The notes under the pieces were generated by a model. The model saw nothing but the letters and a program-made list of their open reading frames with translations. It made no database searches and was not told the origin of the DNA. Both the position numbers and the translations under genes were made by a program. From the NCBI RefSeq assembly GCF_008065095.1, contig NZ_CP042911.1, positions 6,300,001-6,332,000 of the forward strand: a DNA stretch of 32,000 nucleotides, written 5' to 3'. This DNA comes from Gemmata obscuriglobus. GTDB lineage: Bacteria > Planctomycetota > Planctomycetia > Gemmatales > Gemmataceae. Shown piece by piece: positions 1 to 10,014 of this stretch; position 1 is the first letter of the stretch; each line of letters begins with the position of its first letter.

Positions 1-529
1 TACCCACGGTCGCTGCGCTGCCCGCGTCAGCCGCGCCCTTCTCGGCCGTCTTTTTGAGGTCTTCGGCGTCCTTTTTCAGACCTTCGGCGGCCTTCTTGCT
101 GTCTTCTGCGCCTTTTTCAAGGGCGACGAGTTTCTCGGCAGTGGCCTTGCCGTCGCCGCTCACGGCCTTGACCGCGTTTACATCGGCGGTGAGTTTAGCG
201 AGGTCGGCCTTCAGTCCGGTAGAGGTCTTGGTCGCAGCCGCGAGTTCCTTTTCGAGCGTGGCAACCTTTGTCGCGGTGGCCTTAACGTCTGCCGTGCCCG
301 TTTTCAGTTCATTGAGCGCTTTCTTGGTCGCATCGAGTTCCTTTTCTGTCGCTTTGAGTGCCTTCTTCAACTCAGCGATGGCTGTCTCAGTGTCATCCGG
401 ATTTGCCTTGGTGGCCTTTTTATTCTCTTCTTGCGCGAACGCTCTGCCCGAGGCGGGTGCCCACACGCTGGGCAGCCAACAGCAGCCCGCGAAGAGGAGG
501 GAGGCGAACAGGAGACGGCGAACTTGCAT
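1..529 (-). CDS. Secreted or lipoprotein-like coiled-coil protein (hypothetical); C-terminus cut by the window edge
   Basis: The reverse-strand ATG at 529-527 opens a frame that stays open to position 1. It has no stop in the window, so it is not in the ORF track. My translation starts MQVRRLLFASLLFAGCCWLPSVWAPASGRAFAQEE (signal peptide; possible lipobox FAGC or AFA-QE cleavage). It continues with K/A/E/T/L-rich heptad-like sequence (ELKKALKATEKELDATKKALNELKTG...KLVALEKGAEDSKKAAEGLKKDAEDLKK). The listed + ORF 54..584 is its low-complexity antisense shadow. Confidence 0.55.
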   Translation of the reverse strand, partial: MQVRRLLFASLLFAGCCWLPSVWAPASGRAFAQEENKKATKANPDDTETAIAELKKALKATEKELDATKKALNELKTGTADVKATATKVATLEKELAAATKTSTGLKADLAKLTADVNAVKAVSGDGKATAEKLVALEKGAEDSKKAAEGLKKDAEDLKKTAEKGAADAGSAATVG

Positions 530-584
530 TACGCACCTTGGTTACGCACACCGCGGCGGGAAAGCACCAGTTTCTCAGCACTGA

Positions 585-1019
585 TGCTAACTGGTAAACG
601 GGAGGGAACAGGGGTGCTGGAAGGCAGACGAGGTGCCACGTGCGAGAAAAGAAGAAAATTGGTTGCAAGATACTAATTGATAGATACTTACAGCAAATTG
701 GCACTCTTCGACTTATTGCTACACCACTGGGCATTCGCCTATTTACTGCGCATTGGTGCCTGCTATTTCAACTTCAGGCTTTAGCCCATAAATGAGGCTA
801 ATGCTAATCCTCACCGGAACAGCCGGTACAACCGGTACGTGGGCAAAGTAATTTCTTCGCAGTCGATCGCTTCCGCTGCCTGTTCCGCACGTTGTTGGTC
901 GATCCGAAATCTCGCTGGAAGTTCGCGAGTCAACCCGAACGACGGCTCAGGAAGGGCCGACGCAAGGAACAACCGGGAGCGCCCGACGCGACCTCCAATC
1001 CAGCCCAAGGAAGGATCAC
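585..1019. promoter_or_regulatory. AT-rich divergent intergenic region, with presumed promoters for the 1..529 gene and the porin-like gene
   Basis: There is a clear GC drop around 600-830 between divergently oriented genes. A direct repeat AGATACT(A/T) lies at 668-675 and 682-689. The Shine-Dalgarno AAGGAAGGA at 1007-1015 sits 4 nt before ATG 1020. No -35/-10 could be assigned with confidence. Confidence 0.35.
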
Positions 1020-2366
<1,347 letters not shown>

Positions 2367-2387
2367 GCGGCCGGTTGACGAGCCGCG

Positions 2388-2416
2388 ACGGCCGGGGGCC
2401 TTCCCGGCCGTTTTCG
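2388..2416 (+). terminator. Rho-independent terminator candidate downstream of the porin-like gene
   Basis: The stem CGGCCGGG (2389-2396) pairs with CCCGGCCG (2403-2410) around the loop GGCCTT, followed by TTTT (2411-2414). It lies 22 nt after the stop at 2366. Confidence 0.65.
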
Positions 2417-2969
2417 TTAGTGTGCCTTCACGCCCCTTCGTCGGTCACAACGCTCGGGCCGCCTCGGCCCGGCAGACCCGCAGTAAAAACGACCGGTATC
2501 ACTTCTCTCGCCCGAACCGCTGGACAACATGTGTTCGGCGTGCCGACGCCAGGCGGCCCGGCACGTGGTAGTCGGTTTGAGGGCGTTCCGGTGGGCCCTG
2601 CCGGCCGGGGTGCGGGAGACACATCGGGCGCCCTTGGGTCCGAGTTCCGCGAGCGCCCGCCGCATACCGTCGCCGAGGCGACCGGGCGCATCAAGACGTT
2701 GACGGGCGTGCGGCGAAACGACACCCAGGCGCGTGTGCCCCTCAATAAAGTCGTGGCCGGAGGTGGCGTCGGCTGGGTCCGGTGCCGGCGCCGGCGCGTG
2801 CCGGGCAACGGAGCGGGGTTCTTCGTGGGCGCCCCTCACTTCGCGCCGGGGTCGTTCCTGTGCGGCGTCTAGTGACCGGTGCGGATGTTCGTGGGCGCGG
2901 CCCCGGGGTGGCGAAGGTACTACATCCTTGGGGGGCGTGAAACGGCGTGACTCGGGAGCTAATCCGCGT

Positions 2970-3005
2970 GACCATCGTATCCGCATGCCTTCGGATACGA
3001 TGGTC
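2970..3005. repeat. Perfect 14-bp-stem hairpin / inverted repeat
   Basis: GACCATCGTATCCG (2970-2983) and CGGATACGATGGTC (2992-3005) are exact reverse complements separated by 8 nt (CATGCCTT). The hairpin lies in a non-coding stretch just upstream of the transposase remnant. Confidence 0.9.
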
Positions 3006-3047
3006 CGGTTCCCGCACCGGTCACCGGAACGGCGACGTTGGTTCTGA

Positions 3048-3334
3048 ATACCGCGCGCCATCAGCGGAGTAGCGGTGGGGACCGAAGCCAAGCGATTGAG
3101 GCTCGTGTTGCTGTTCCGGCCCTCGTGTTCGCCGAACCTGAACGTGATTGAGTGGCTGTGGCGGTTCACCAAGGGTACGGCCCTGCGGGCCTACACGACG
3201 CCGGCGTCGCGACCTTACGGGCGGCCATCGACGAGTGCCTCGATCGCATCCCCACGGACCACCGCGAGTCTCTCGCCTCGCTCATGACGCTGAAGTTCCA
3301 GACGTTCAACAGCGGCTCATTCCTCGCCGTGTAA
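3048..3334 (+). pseudogene. IS630-family (DDE) transposase, C-terminal remnant with a frameshift
   Basis: Frame A (3048-~3210) reads ...LRLVLLFRPSCSPNLNVIEWLWRFTKGTAL, matching the IS630/Tc1-like block 'i.l.fLPpYSPnLN.IE.lW...K'. Frame B (ORF 3152..3334) continues as ...LRAAIDECLDRIPTDHRESLASLMTLKFQTF, a typical IS630 tail. A stop at 3045-3047 and no recognisable DDE core upstream mean only about the last 90 codons survive. Confidence 0.55.
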
Positions 3335-3652
3335 AGAATAACACGATTCCTTCCAACGAACATGATGCCTACACGGGTAAAAACGGCACGCGGCGTGCAG
3401 CGGTGAGTGGCGCCGGAAGCAACTCGGACTCGGGTTCCCCGGCCCGCCTCTATACCTTCCTGCAACGATGCGCCGGCATTTATTTCAATCAAATTTGATT
3501 TCAAAGTCACTTTACAACAATAGCACCGATTGCAAAATGAATAATGATCATAAATCTTTTCAAAATCAATTACATAAATACGACGGAATCTCCTGCCTGC
3601 GTCACGTCGCTCCCCACCGCGAGGTACGAGCGGTATTTCAAAGGGGAGCAGC

Positions 3653-3940
3653 ATGACGAGCAACACAACCCAGATGCGCGCCGGTGAGCGCACCGAAAAC
3701 GCCGAACGGCACTCTGAGGGTCGCGTGGCTCGCAACATCGAGAACTACACCGCGCAAGCGCCGTCCGACTGGTTCCTGTGGGCCGCCGGGGCGTCCATAG
3801 TCGGGTCCCCCACCCTGCGCGCGATCAGCCGCAAGGAGCCCCCGCAGTTCGTGGGCCTGTGGGTGGCCCCGTTCATGCTCCTCGGCGTCTCCAACAAGAT
3901 CGTCAAGGTCGCGGGTTCCGACCGCGTCCATGCCTCCTGA
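3653..3940 (+). CDS. Small hypothetical membrane protein (95 aa)
   Basis: ATG 3653 is preceded by AAGGGGAG (3641-3648). The protein has a charged N-terminus and then two hydrophobic segments (WFLWAAGASIVGSP, FVGLWVAPFMLLGV). It sits 60 nt upstream of the methyltransferase on the same strand. I recognise no family. Confidence 0.55.
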   Translation: MTSNTTQMRAGERTENAERHSEGRVARNIENYTAQAPSDWFLWAAGASIVGSPTLRAISRKEPPQFVGLWVAPFMLLGVSNKIVKVAGSDRVHAS

Positions 3941-4000
3941 TCGCCCGACACCCGGCCCGCCCCGGCACGGGCCGGGCTCTCCCCATACCCGCACTGTACG

Positions 4001-4792
4001 ATGTCGAACACCCCCGATTACGACGCCTACCAGTCGTCCTTTCATGAAGCGTTCCGAGCCGAACTGTACGGCATCGTGGACGCGATGCCCGCCGGCGGCC
4101 GCGCGCTCGACGCGCCCTGTGGCAACGGGTTCTACTCGCGCCGGCTCGTCGAGCGTTTCCGGGGGCGGCTGACCGCGATCGATTCCAACGACGAGTACCT
4201 GCGATGCACCCGCGACGCCGTCGGCGCCGGGGCCGAGGTCGTCAAGGCGGACGCCTATCGGCTCCCGTTCGGGGACGCCACGTTCGACCTGGTGTGGTGC
4301 GCCCAAAGCCTCATCAGCCTGGACCCGGGCCGCGCCCTTCGGGAAATGGCTCGCGCGGTCAAGCCTGACGGTGTGGTTGCCATCCTGGAGGTGGATGAGT
4401 TCCACCGGGTGCTGCTGCCGTGGCCCGTCGAACTGGAAGCGGCGCTACCGCTGGCGGTCCGCGCGGCGTCCGAACAGGAGTACGGCGACGGGGCGAAGAC
4501 TTCCCCGGCCCGGCGGCTCCGCGGCGTGCTCAAAGAGGCCGGGTTCCGCTCCGTGCGCCGGGTGACGTACCCGTTCGACCGGGCCGCCCCGTTCGACCCA
4601 CCCGCGACCGCGTTCCTGGGTTACCATTTCGAGCACCTGCGCGCTTTCGTGCGCCCGCACCTGCCGCGCGACCTGCAAAAAGCGTTCGACCGGGCGACCG
4701 ATCCCGAGAGCGACGATTCGCTGTACCGGGCGGATGTCGAACTGGTGTGCATCAACGCCGTGTATCTGGCCTCACCCGCGCCACAGAAGTGA
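4001..4792 (+). CDS. Class I SAM-dependent methyltransferase (Methyltransf_11-like)
   Basis: 263 aa. Motif I is ALDAPCGNGFYS, with acidic post-I AIDSND, a motif II-like FDLVWCAQSL and motif III VKPDGVVAI. Confidence 0.85.
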   Translation: MSNTPDYDAYQSSFHEAFRAELYGIVDAMPAGGRALDAPCGNGFYSRRLVERFRGRLTAIDSNDEYLRCTRDAVGAGAEVVKADAYRLPFGDATFDLVWCAQSLISLDPGRALREMARAVKPDGVVAILEVDEFHRVLLPWPVELEAALPLAVRAASEQEYGDGAKTSPARRLRGVLKEAGFRSVRRVTYPFDRAAPFDPPATAFLGYHFEHLRAFVRPHLPRDLQKAFDRATDPESDDSLYRADVELVCINAVYLASPAPQK

Positions 4793-5210
4793 GACGCGCA
4801 GCCCTTCGACGCTCTTCACAGCGTGCGGGACCGGTTCGTACCGTTCGGGCCGAGCCTGTCGCTAACGTGATGTGGGAGATTGGTCCCTTCGTTTAAAATG
4901 CGCGACTCGGGTTCGGGCTGTTGGCACGCACCACTCTCGGAGGGGCGGCGGTGGGGTTGGCCGTGTCGCTTACCGCGCGTGTGCCCCGACGGCGAGTGCG
5001 CCGGTCCTGAGGGGAGAGCGGCTGACGCAGTGCGCCATCCCCTTGATTAATGCCTTATCATCTTTCAATCACTCCGCCGCCGCTTGATTTGCGACCCGCC
5101 AATTCGAGTTGTCGTGTCGGTCGAGTTCCGCAGTTAGGATGCCCCCCCTCGTCTCCCCGAACGGCTCACACATCGCCGAGAGCGGACCGTGTTGAACGCT
5201 GGCCGATCTG

Positions 5211-5225
5211 TGGCACAGAAGGTGC
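5211..5225 (+). promoter_or_regulatory. Sigma-54 type -24/-12 promoter candidate upstream of the KaiC homolog
   Basis: TGGCAC (5211-5216) - N5 - GTGC (5222-5225), compared with the consensus TGGCAC-N5-TTGC. It lies 39 nt (TTG 5264) or 99 nt (ATG 5324) upstream of the possible starts. This is a single motif match only. Confidence 0.25.
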
Positions 5226-5323
5226 TATAGTCATCGCCCCGTTGCGGCCCCGTTCCCAGGATTTTGGACCCAACCGCTGACAGTGCTCCTCGGACGGAGA
5301 GGAACGCACATTCGGAACGAAGT

Positions 5324-6844
5324 ATGAACAATCAAGACGATTCCCTCCCTCTCGTTTCGACCGGCGTTCCTGGGCTCGATGACGTTCTCTGCGGAGGGCT
5401 ACCCAAGGGGCACCTTTACCTCGTCGAGGGCGACGCCGGTGCGGGCAAGACGACGCTCGGCCTCCAGTTCCTGCTCGAGGGCAAACGACGCGGTGAAAAA
5501 ACGCTTTGGATCAGCTTGTCTGAAACCGAGTCCCAGCTTCGCGCCACGGCAGCATCGCACCGCTGGGACCTGTCGGGTGTCGAGATTCGAAATCTCACCC
5601 AAACGGGAAGTGGCGCTCCCGACGAACAGTACTCCTTCTTCTCGCCCGCCGACATCGAGCTGAACGAGATTACCAAGGCCGTCAAGAGGGTGGTCGACGC
5701 GGTCGCACCGGACCGCGTGGTGTTCGACCCGTTTTCGGACATCAAGCTGCTGGCCCGCGATCCGCTCCGCTACCGGCGCCAGGTGCTCGAACTTCGGGAG
5801 TACTTCGTGGGGCGGAAATGCACGGTCTTACTCGTTCAAGAGAGAACATCGGATAATTCGTCCCGCGACCCATCTGCCGAAGGCGTAGTTCAGGGCGTTC
5901 TCGCACTCTACCAGGCGTCGCCGGACTTCGGCCGCCAGCGGCGCCGGCTGCGGGTGCATAAGTTGCGCGGGGTGGCGTTCCGGGAAGGGTTCCACGATGT
6001 CAGCATCCTGACCGGCGGCATACACGTTTACCCGCGGCTGGTCGCCGCCGACCACACCGAGGCCCCGCAGGATGAGGAGGTGTCCACGGGCCTGCCGCCG
6101 CTCGACGCCATGCTCGGTGGCGGCGTCGACCGCGGGGCGAGCCTGCTCATCCTGGGACCGGCGGGGGTCGGTAAAAGCACGATTGCGAGCCAGCTCTCGG
6201 TCTCGGCGGTGGCGCGCGGCGAGCCCGTCGCCGTGTTCCTGTTCGACGAAACCGCGCGCGCGTACGTGGCCCGGGGCGAGGGTCTGGGCATGGGTGTCAG
6301 CGAGCTGATCCGGGGCGGGCGCCTGAGGGTTAGGCAGATCGACCCGGCCGAGTTCACGCCCGGCGAGCTGGCCCACACGGTGCGGCGCGACGTCGAGACG
6401 AGTGGCGTTCGCCTCGTGGTGATCGACAGCCTCAACGGGTATCTCAGCGGCATGCCCGACGAGCGGCACCTCTCGATGCACCTCCACGAACTGCTGACCT
6501 ACCTGAGCTACCAGAACGTCGTGACTGTGCTGACGATGAACCAGGACGGCTTTATGGGCGATTCGGTCGCCGCCCCGGTCGACGTGTCCTACCTGACGGA
6601 CGCCGCCCTCATGCTCCGCTACTTCGAATCCGAGGGCGTCGTTCGGCGGGCCGCGTCGGTGATGAAGCGCCGCTGCGGCCCCCACGAGGTCCACATCCGC
6701 GAGATGACTATTACCGACAAGGGCGTGCAGATCGGCCGCGTGCTGACCGAGTTCCGCGGTGTGTTGACGGGACAGGCCCATTTTACCGGGCGCCCTTCGG
6801 GACGCCTGCAGGCTGATGCAGAGAAGGGGCTCGCTAATGGCTGA
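5324..6844 (+). CDS. kaiC: KaiC-family double-domain RecA-like ATPase (circadian clock protein KaiC homolog)
   Basis: Two tandem KaiC/RecA-like domains. Domain 1: GVPGLDDVLCGGLPKGHLYLVEGDAGAGKTTLGLQFL (Walker A) and VVFDPFSD (Walker B). Domain 2: TGLPPLDAMLGGGVDRGASLLILGPAGVGKSTIASQL and LVVIDSLNG. The C-terminal block LRYFESEGVVRRAASVMKRRCGPHEVHIREMTITDKG parallels the cyanobacterial KaiC tail. The ORF track begins at TTG 5264. I prefer the in-frame ATG 5324 (MNNQDDSLPLVSTGVPGLDD). Confidence 0.9.
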   Translation: MNNQDDSLPLVSTGVPGLDDVLCGGLPKGHLYLVEGDAGAGKTTLGLQFLLEGKRRGEKTLWISLSETESQLRATAASHRWDLSGVEIRNLTQTGSGAPDEQYSFFSPADIELNEITKAVKRVVDAVAPDRVVFDPFSDIKLLARDPLRYRRQVLELREYFVGRKCTVLLVQERTSDNSSRDPSAEGVVQGVLALYQASPDFGRQRRRLRVHKLRGVAFREGFHDVSILTGGIHVYPRLVAADHTEAPQDEEVSTGLPPLDAMLGGGVDRGASLLILGPAGVGKSTIASQLSVSAVARGEPVAVFLFDETARAYVARGEGLGMGVSELIRGGRLRVRQIDPAEFTPGELAHTVRRDVETSGVRLVVIDSLNGYLSGMPDERHLSMHLHELLTYLSYQNVVTVLTMNQDGFMGDSVAAPVDVSYLTDAALMLRYFESEGVVRRAASVMKRRCGPHEVHIREMTITDKGVQIGRVLTEFRGVLTGQAHFTGRPSGRLQADAEKGLANG

Positions 6845-8375
6845 GCCCGTCGATGAGCGTGTGCTTGTTCTCGCGCCCGGGCGAGACGGAGCTCTGACTT
6901 GCCGCATCCTTGGAGAGGCCGGGATCGGGTGCCGAGCCGTCGCATCGGTGCCGGCGTTCAACGAAGAGTTCGCCCGCGGTGCCGGAGCTGCCATCATCGC
7001 CGAGGAGGCCCTCGATCAGGAGTCCGCGCCGCAGATCGCCGCCCTGCTCAAGGAGCAACCGGCGTGGTCGGACTTCCCCATCATCCTTGTGGTACGCGAG
7101 AGCGGTGCCGGAACGCGCCTTCAAGAGTTCTCTCCCCTTGGAAACGTTTCGCTATTCACCCGACCGATGAACCTGGGGGCGCTAACGACCGCGATCGGGA
7201 CGGCACTTCGCGCCCGCCGGCGGCAGTACGAGGTGCGAAACTTGCTGGCAGAGCGCGATTCGGCGGCGCGGCGAAAAGACGAGTTCCTGGCGATGCTCGC
7301 TCACGAGTTGCGAAACCCGCTCGCCCCGGTTCGAACCACGCTCCACGTGCTCAAGCTGCGGCACCCCGGGGATCGCGACACGCAGACCGCCGTCGGGGTC
7401 GCCGAGCGGTCCGTCAAGCACCTCGCCCGCCTCATTGACGACCTGCTGGACGTGTCACGAGTGACGCTCGGCAAAGTCGGGCTGCGGTGCGAGCACATGG
7501 ACGCGGCGGACGTGGTGCGACTCGCGACCGAGGCGATGGGAGCGCGGTTCGCAGAGAAGCACGTGGCCCTCGACATCGAGGTGCAAAGCGCGCGGCTACC
7601 CGTCTCCGGCGACGCCGTTCGCCTGGAACAGGCGATCGCGAACGTGCTCGATAACGCACTCAAGTTCACGCCGCCAGGGGGCAAGGTTCGCGTTCGGGCC
7701 GAAGCGGATCGGGGCGAAGCAAAGGTGACGGTTTCCGACACCGGTGCGGGGATCGCGCCCGAAGACCTGCCGCACGTCTTCGATCTGTTCGTTCAGGCGG
7801 ACCGGTCACTCGACAGAACCGTGGGCGGCCTGGGCGTCGGGCTCACAATCGTAAAGGGGCTGGTCGAACTGCACGGCGGACGGATTGCGGTGACTAGTGA
7901 CGGACTCGGCGCCGGCACCACGGCCGTGTTGCACCTCCCGTTGGCCGAGCCGCCGCCGTCCCAAATCGAGACGGACAACGAGGTCGAAGCGGGCGGGCGC
8001 CTGCGGGTCCTCGTTGTGGATGACAACCACGACGGGGCCGACTCGCTGGCGGACTTTCTTTCACTGACCGGGTGCGAGACCAAAACCGCCTACGACGGCG
8101 TTGAGGCTCTTGAGGTGTTCAGCGGGTTTCGGCCAGAGGCCGTGCTCCTCGACATCGGTCTGCCCAAGCTCAACGGCTTCGAGGTGGCCGAGAAGATCCG
8201 CACGTCGCCCGGCGGTGAGGGCGTTACGATCATCGCGGTCACCGGGTACGGGCGGGATGAGGACCGGGTCCGGGGCCGCTCGGTGGGGTTCGATCACCAC
8301 CTGGTCAAGCCGATCGACCTGACCGCCATCGGGCGGTTGATCACCTCGGCGGTCCGCTCGCCCCGGACGGAATGA
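6837..8375 (+). CDS. Hybrid sensor histidine kinase: N-terminal pseudo-receiver, HisKA, HATPase_c, C-terminal receiver
   Basis: H-box EFLAMLAHELRNPLAP. N/G boxes NVLDNALKFTP, VSDTGAGIAPEDLPHVFDLF, GGLGVGLTIVKGLVELHGG. The C-terminal REC is RVLVVDDNHDGAD...VLLDIGLPKLNG...HLVKP. The N-terminal REC-like fold (VLVLAPGRDG...AIIAEEAL...PIILVV) lacks the acidic pocket. ATG 6837 overlaps the kaiC stop (TGA 6842-6844) and follows GAGAAGGGG. The track start, ATG 6816, has no SD. Confidence 0.9.
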   Translation: MAEPVDERVLVLAPGRDGALTCRILGEAGIGCRAVASVPAFNEEFARGAGAAIIAEEALDQESAPQIAALLKEQPAWSDFPIILVVRESGAGTRLQEFSPLGNVSLFTRPMNLGALTTAIGTALRARRRQYEVRNLLAERDSAARRKDEFLAMLAHELRNPLAPVRTTLHVLKLRHPGDRDTQTAVGVAERSVKHLARLIDDLLDVSRVTLGKVGLRCEHMDAADVVRLATEAMGARFAEKHVALDIEVQSARLPVSGDAVRLEQAIANVLDNALKFTPPGGKVRVRAEADRGEAKVTVSDTGAGIAPEDLPHVFDLFVQADRSLDRTVGGLGVGLTIVKGLVELHGGRIAVTSDGLGAGTTAVLHLPLAEPPPSQIETDNEVEAGGRLRVLVVDDNHDGADSLADFLSLTGCETKTAYDGVEALEVFSGFRPEAVLLDIGLPKLNGFEVAEKIRTSPGGEGVTIIAVTGYGRDEDRVRGRSVGFDHHLVKPIDLTAIGRLITSAVRSPRTE

Positions 8376-8543
8376 TTGCTACTCCCAAAGGCATCCAGCC
8401 GCGCCTGGGCCGCCCGGTGTTTCGTGTCTACGGTCCGCACTTCGGGGCAGAACCGACCACGGTGCGACCACGCTCAATGGCGGCGAAGCCGAGTCGCCGC
8501 GCGAATTCGTGTACCATTTTCCGCGTCACAAGCTCTCTTTATT

Positions 8544-9992
8544 TCACACCAAAATGTCTTTCACCACCGTTCCGGCCACGTCGGTCAACCGGAAGTCGCG
8601 ACCGTTGTGCCGGTACGTCAGCTTCTTGTGGTCGAGCCCCAGCATGTGCAGGACGGTGGCGTGGAAGTCGTTGATACTCACACGGTTCTCGGCAGCCTTG
8701 AAGCCGATCTCGTCCGACGCTCCGTAGCTGACGCCGCCCTTCGCCCCGCCGCCCGCGAGCCAGAAGGTGATCGCGTGCGGGTTGTGGTCGCGGCCCGCGT
8801 TCCCCTTTTGCACGATCGGCAGGCGCCCGAACTCGCCGCCCCAGATGACGAGCGTGCTCTCCAGCAGTCCCCGGCGCTGGAGGTCTTCGAGCAGCGCGGC
8901 GATAGGCTGGTCGGTCTCTTGCGCGAACCCGCCGTGATTCTTCGCGATGTTGTTGTGCCCGTCCCACGACAGGTCGTTCTCCATCCCGCCGGAGTAGATC
9001 TGCACGAACCGCACCCCCTTTTCCACTAGGCGCCGGGCCGTGAGGCATTGCTTGGCGAAGTGCGTTGCTTTCGGGTTGTCCAGGCCGTACAGCCGCTTCG
9101 TTTCGGCGGTCTCCTTCGAGAGGTCGAGCACCTCGGGCGCGGCCATTTGCATCCGGTACGCGAGCTCGTAGGACTCGACGCGCGCGGCCCAGTCGGGCTC
9201 GCCGGGGTGCTTCTCGGCGCCCTTCTGGTTCAGCCGGGCGAGCAGGTCGAGCTGATTCCGTTGCCGCTCCTCGGTCACGTCTTTGGGGCGGCTGAGGTTG
9301 TCGATCGGCTCGCCCTGCGGCTTGAACGCGGTGCCCTGGAACACAGTGGGCAAGAAGCCCGCGCCCCAGTTCAGCGCGTGCCCCTTCGGGATGCCGCGCC
9401 CCAGTGTGTCGTACATCACGCAGAACGCCGGAAGGCTGCGGCTTTCGCTCCCCAGTCCGTAGGTGACCCACGACCCGACGCACGGGTGCCCCATCCGGGC
9501 CATCCCGGTGTTCATCTTGAACAGCGCCGGCGAGTGGTTGTTCGAGTCGCTCCACAGCGAGTGGATGAACGCCATCTTGTCGACGTGCTTCGCCATATGT
9601 GGGAACAGGTCGCTGACCATTTTCCCGCACTGCCCGTGTTTGGCGAACTTGAACGGCGACTTCATCAGCGGCCCGACTTGACCATTGAAGAACCCGGTGT
9701 TGGGGTCGAAGCCCTTCAGCTCCTGCCCGTCGCGCTTTTCGAGTTCGGGCTTGTAGTCCCACGTGTCAACGTGACTCGGGCCGCCGTTCATGAACAGCCA
9801 GATGACGGCCTTCGTCTTCCCCTCGAAGTGCGGCTTCCGGGGCACGAGCGGGTCTTCGGCCCGCTTCTCCTCGGCGCGGAGGAGGTCGGCCAAAGCGAGC
9901 ATCCCGAACCCGCACCCGGCTCGGGTGAGGAACTCGCGCCGGGTGCGGTAGGCAGCATCGGGCGAGGCGAACAGACGAGGGAGCGTGTGCAT
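8544..9992 (-). CDS. DUF1501 domain protein (sulfatase-like fold) with a twin-arginine signal
   Basis: 482 aa. Tat-type N-terminus RTRREFLTRAGCGFGMLALADLL. The hallmark DUF1501 blocks are present: AVIWLFMNGGPSHVDTWDYKPE, FIHSLWSDSNNHSPA, VQIYSGG...WDGH, TLVIWGGEFGRLP, GRDHNPHAITFWLAGGG and DFHATVLHMLGLDH. Confidence 0.95.
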   Translation of the reverse strand: MHTLPRLFASPDAAYRTRREFLTRAGCGFGMLALADLLRAEEKRAEDPLVPRKPHFEGKTKAVIWLFMNGGPSHVDTWDYKPELEKRDGQELKGFDPNTGFFNGQVGPLMKSPFKFAKHGQCGKMVSDLFPHMAKHVDKMAFIHSLWSDSNNHSPALFKMNTGMARMGHPCVGSWVTYGLGSESRSLPAFCVMYDTLGRGIPKGHALNWGAGFLPTVFQGTAFKPQGEPIDNLSRPKDVTEERQRNQLDLLARLNQKGAEKHPGEPDWAARVESYELAYRMQMAAPEVLDLSKETAETKRLYGLDNPKATHFAKQCLTARRLVEKGVRFVQIYSGGMENDLSWDGHNNIAKNHGGFAQETDQPIAALLEDLQRRGLLESTLVIWGGEFGRLPIVQKGNAGRDHNPHAITFWLAGGGAKGGVSYGASDEIGFKAAENRVSINDFHATVLHMLGLDHKKLTYRHNGRDFRLTDVAGTVVKDILV

Positions 9993-10014
9993 GGCGGGCT
10001 CTCGGGTGACGGGG

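Noticed and set aside
54-584. The 176-aa plus-strand ORF at the left edge (Ser/Ala/Phe-rich).
   Set aside because: It is the antisense of a more convincing minus-strand frame that has an ATG, a signal peptide and a coiled-coil K/E/A/L pattern (1..529). The plus-strand product is low-complexity SAF-rich sequence.
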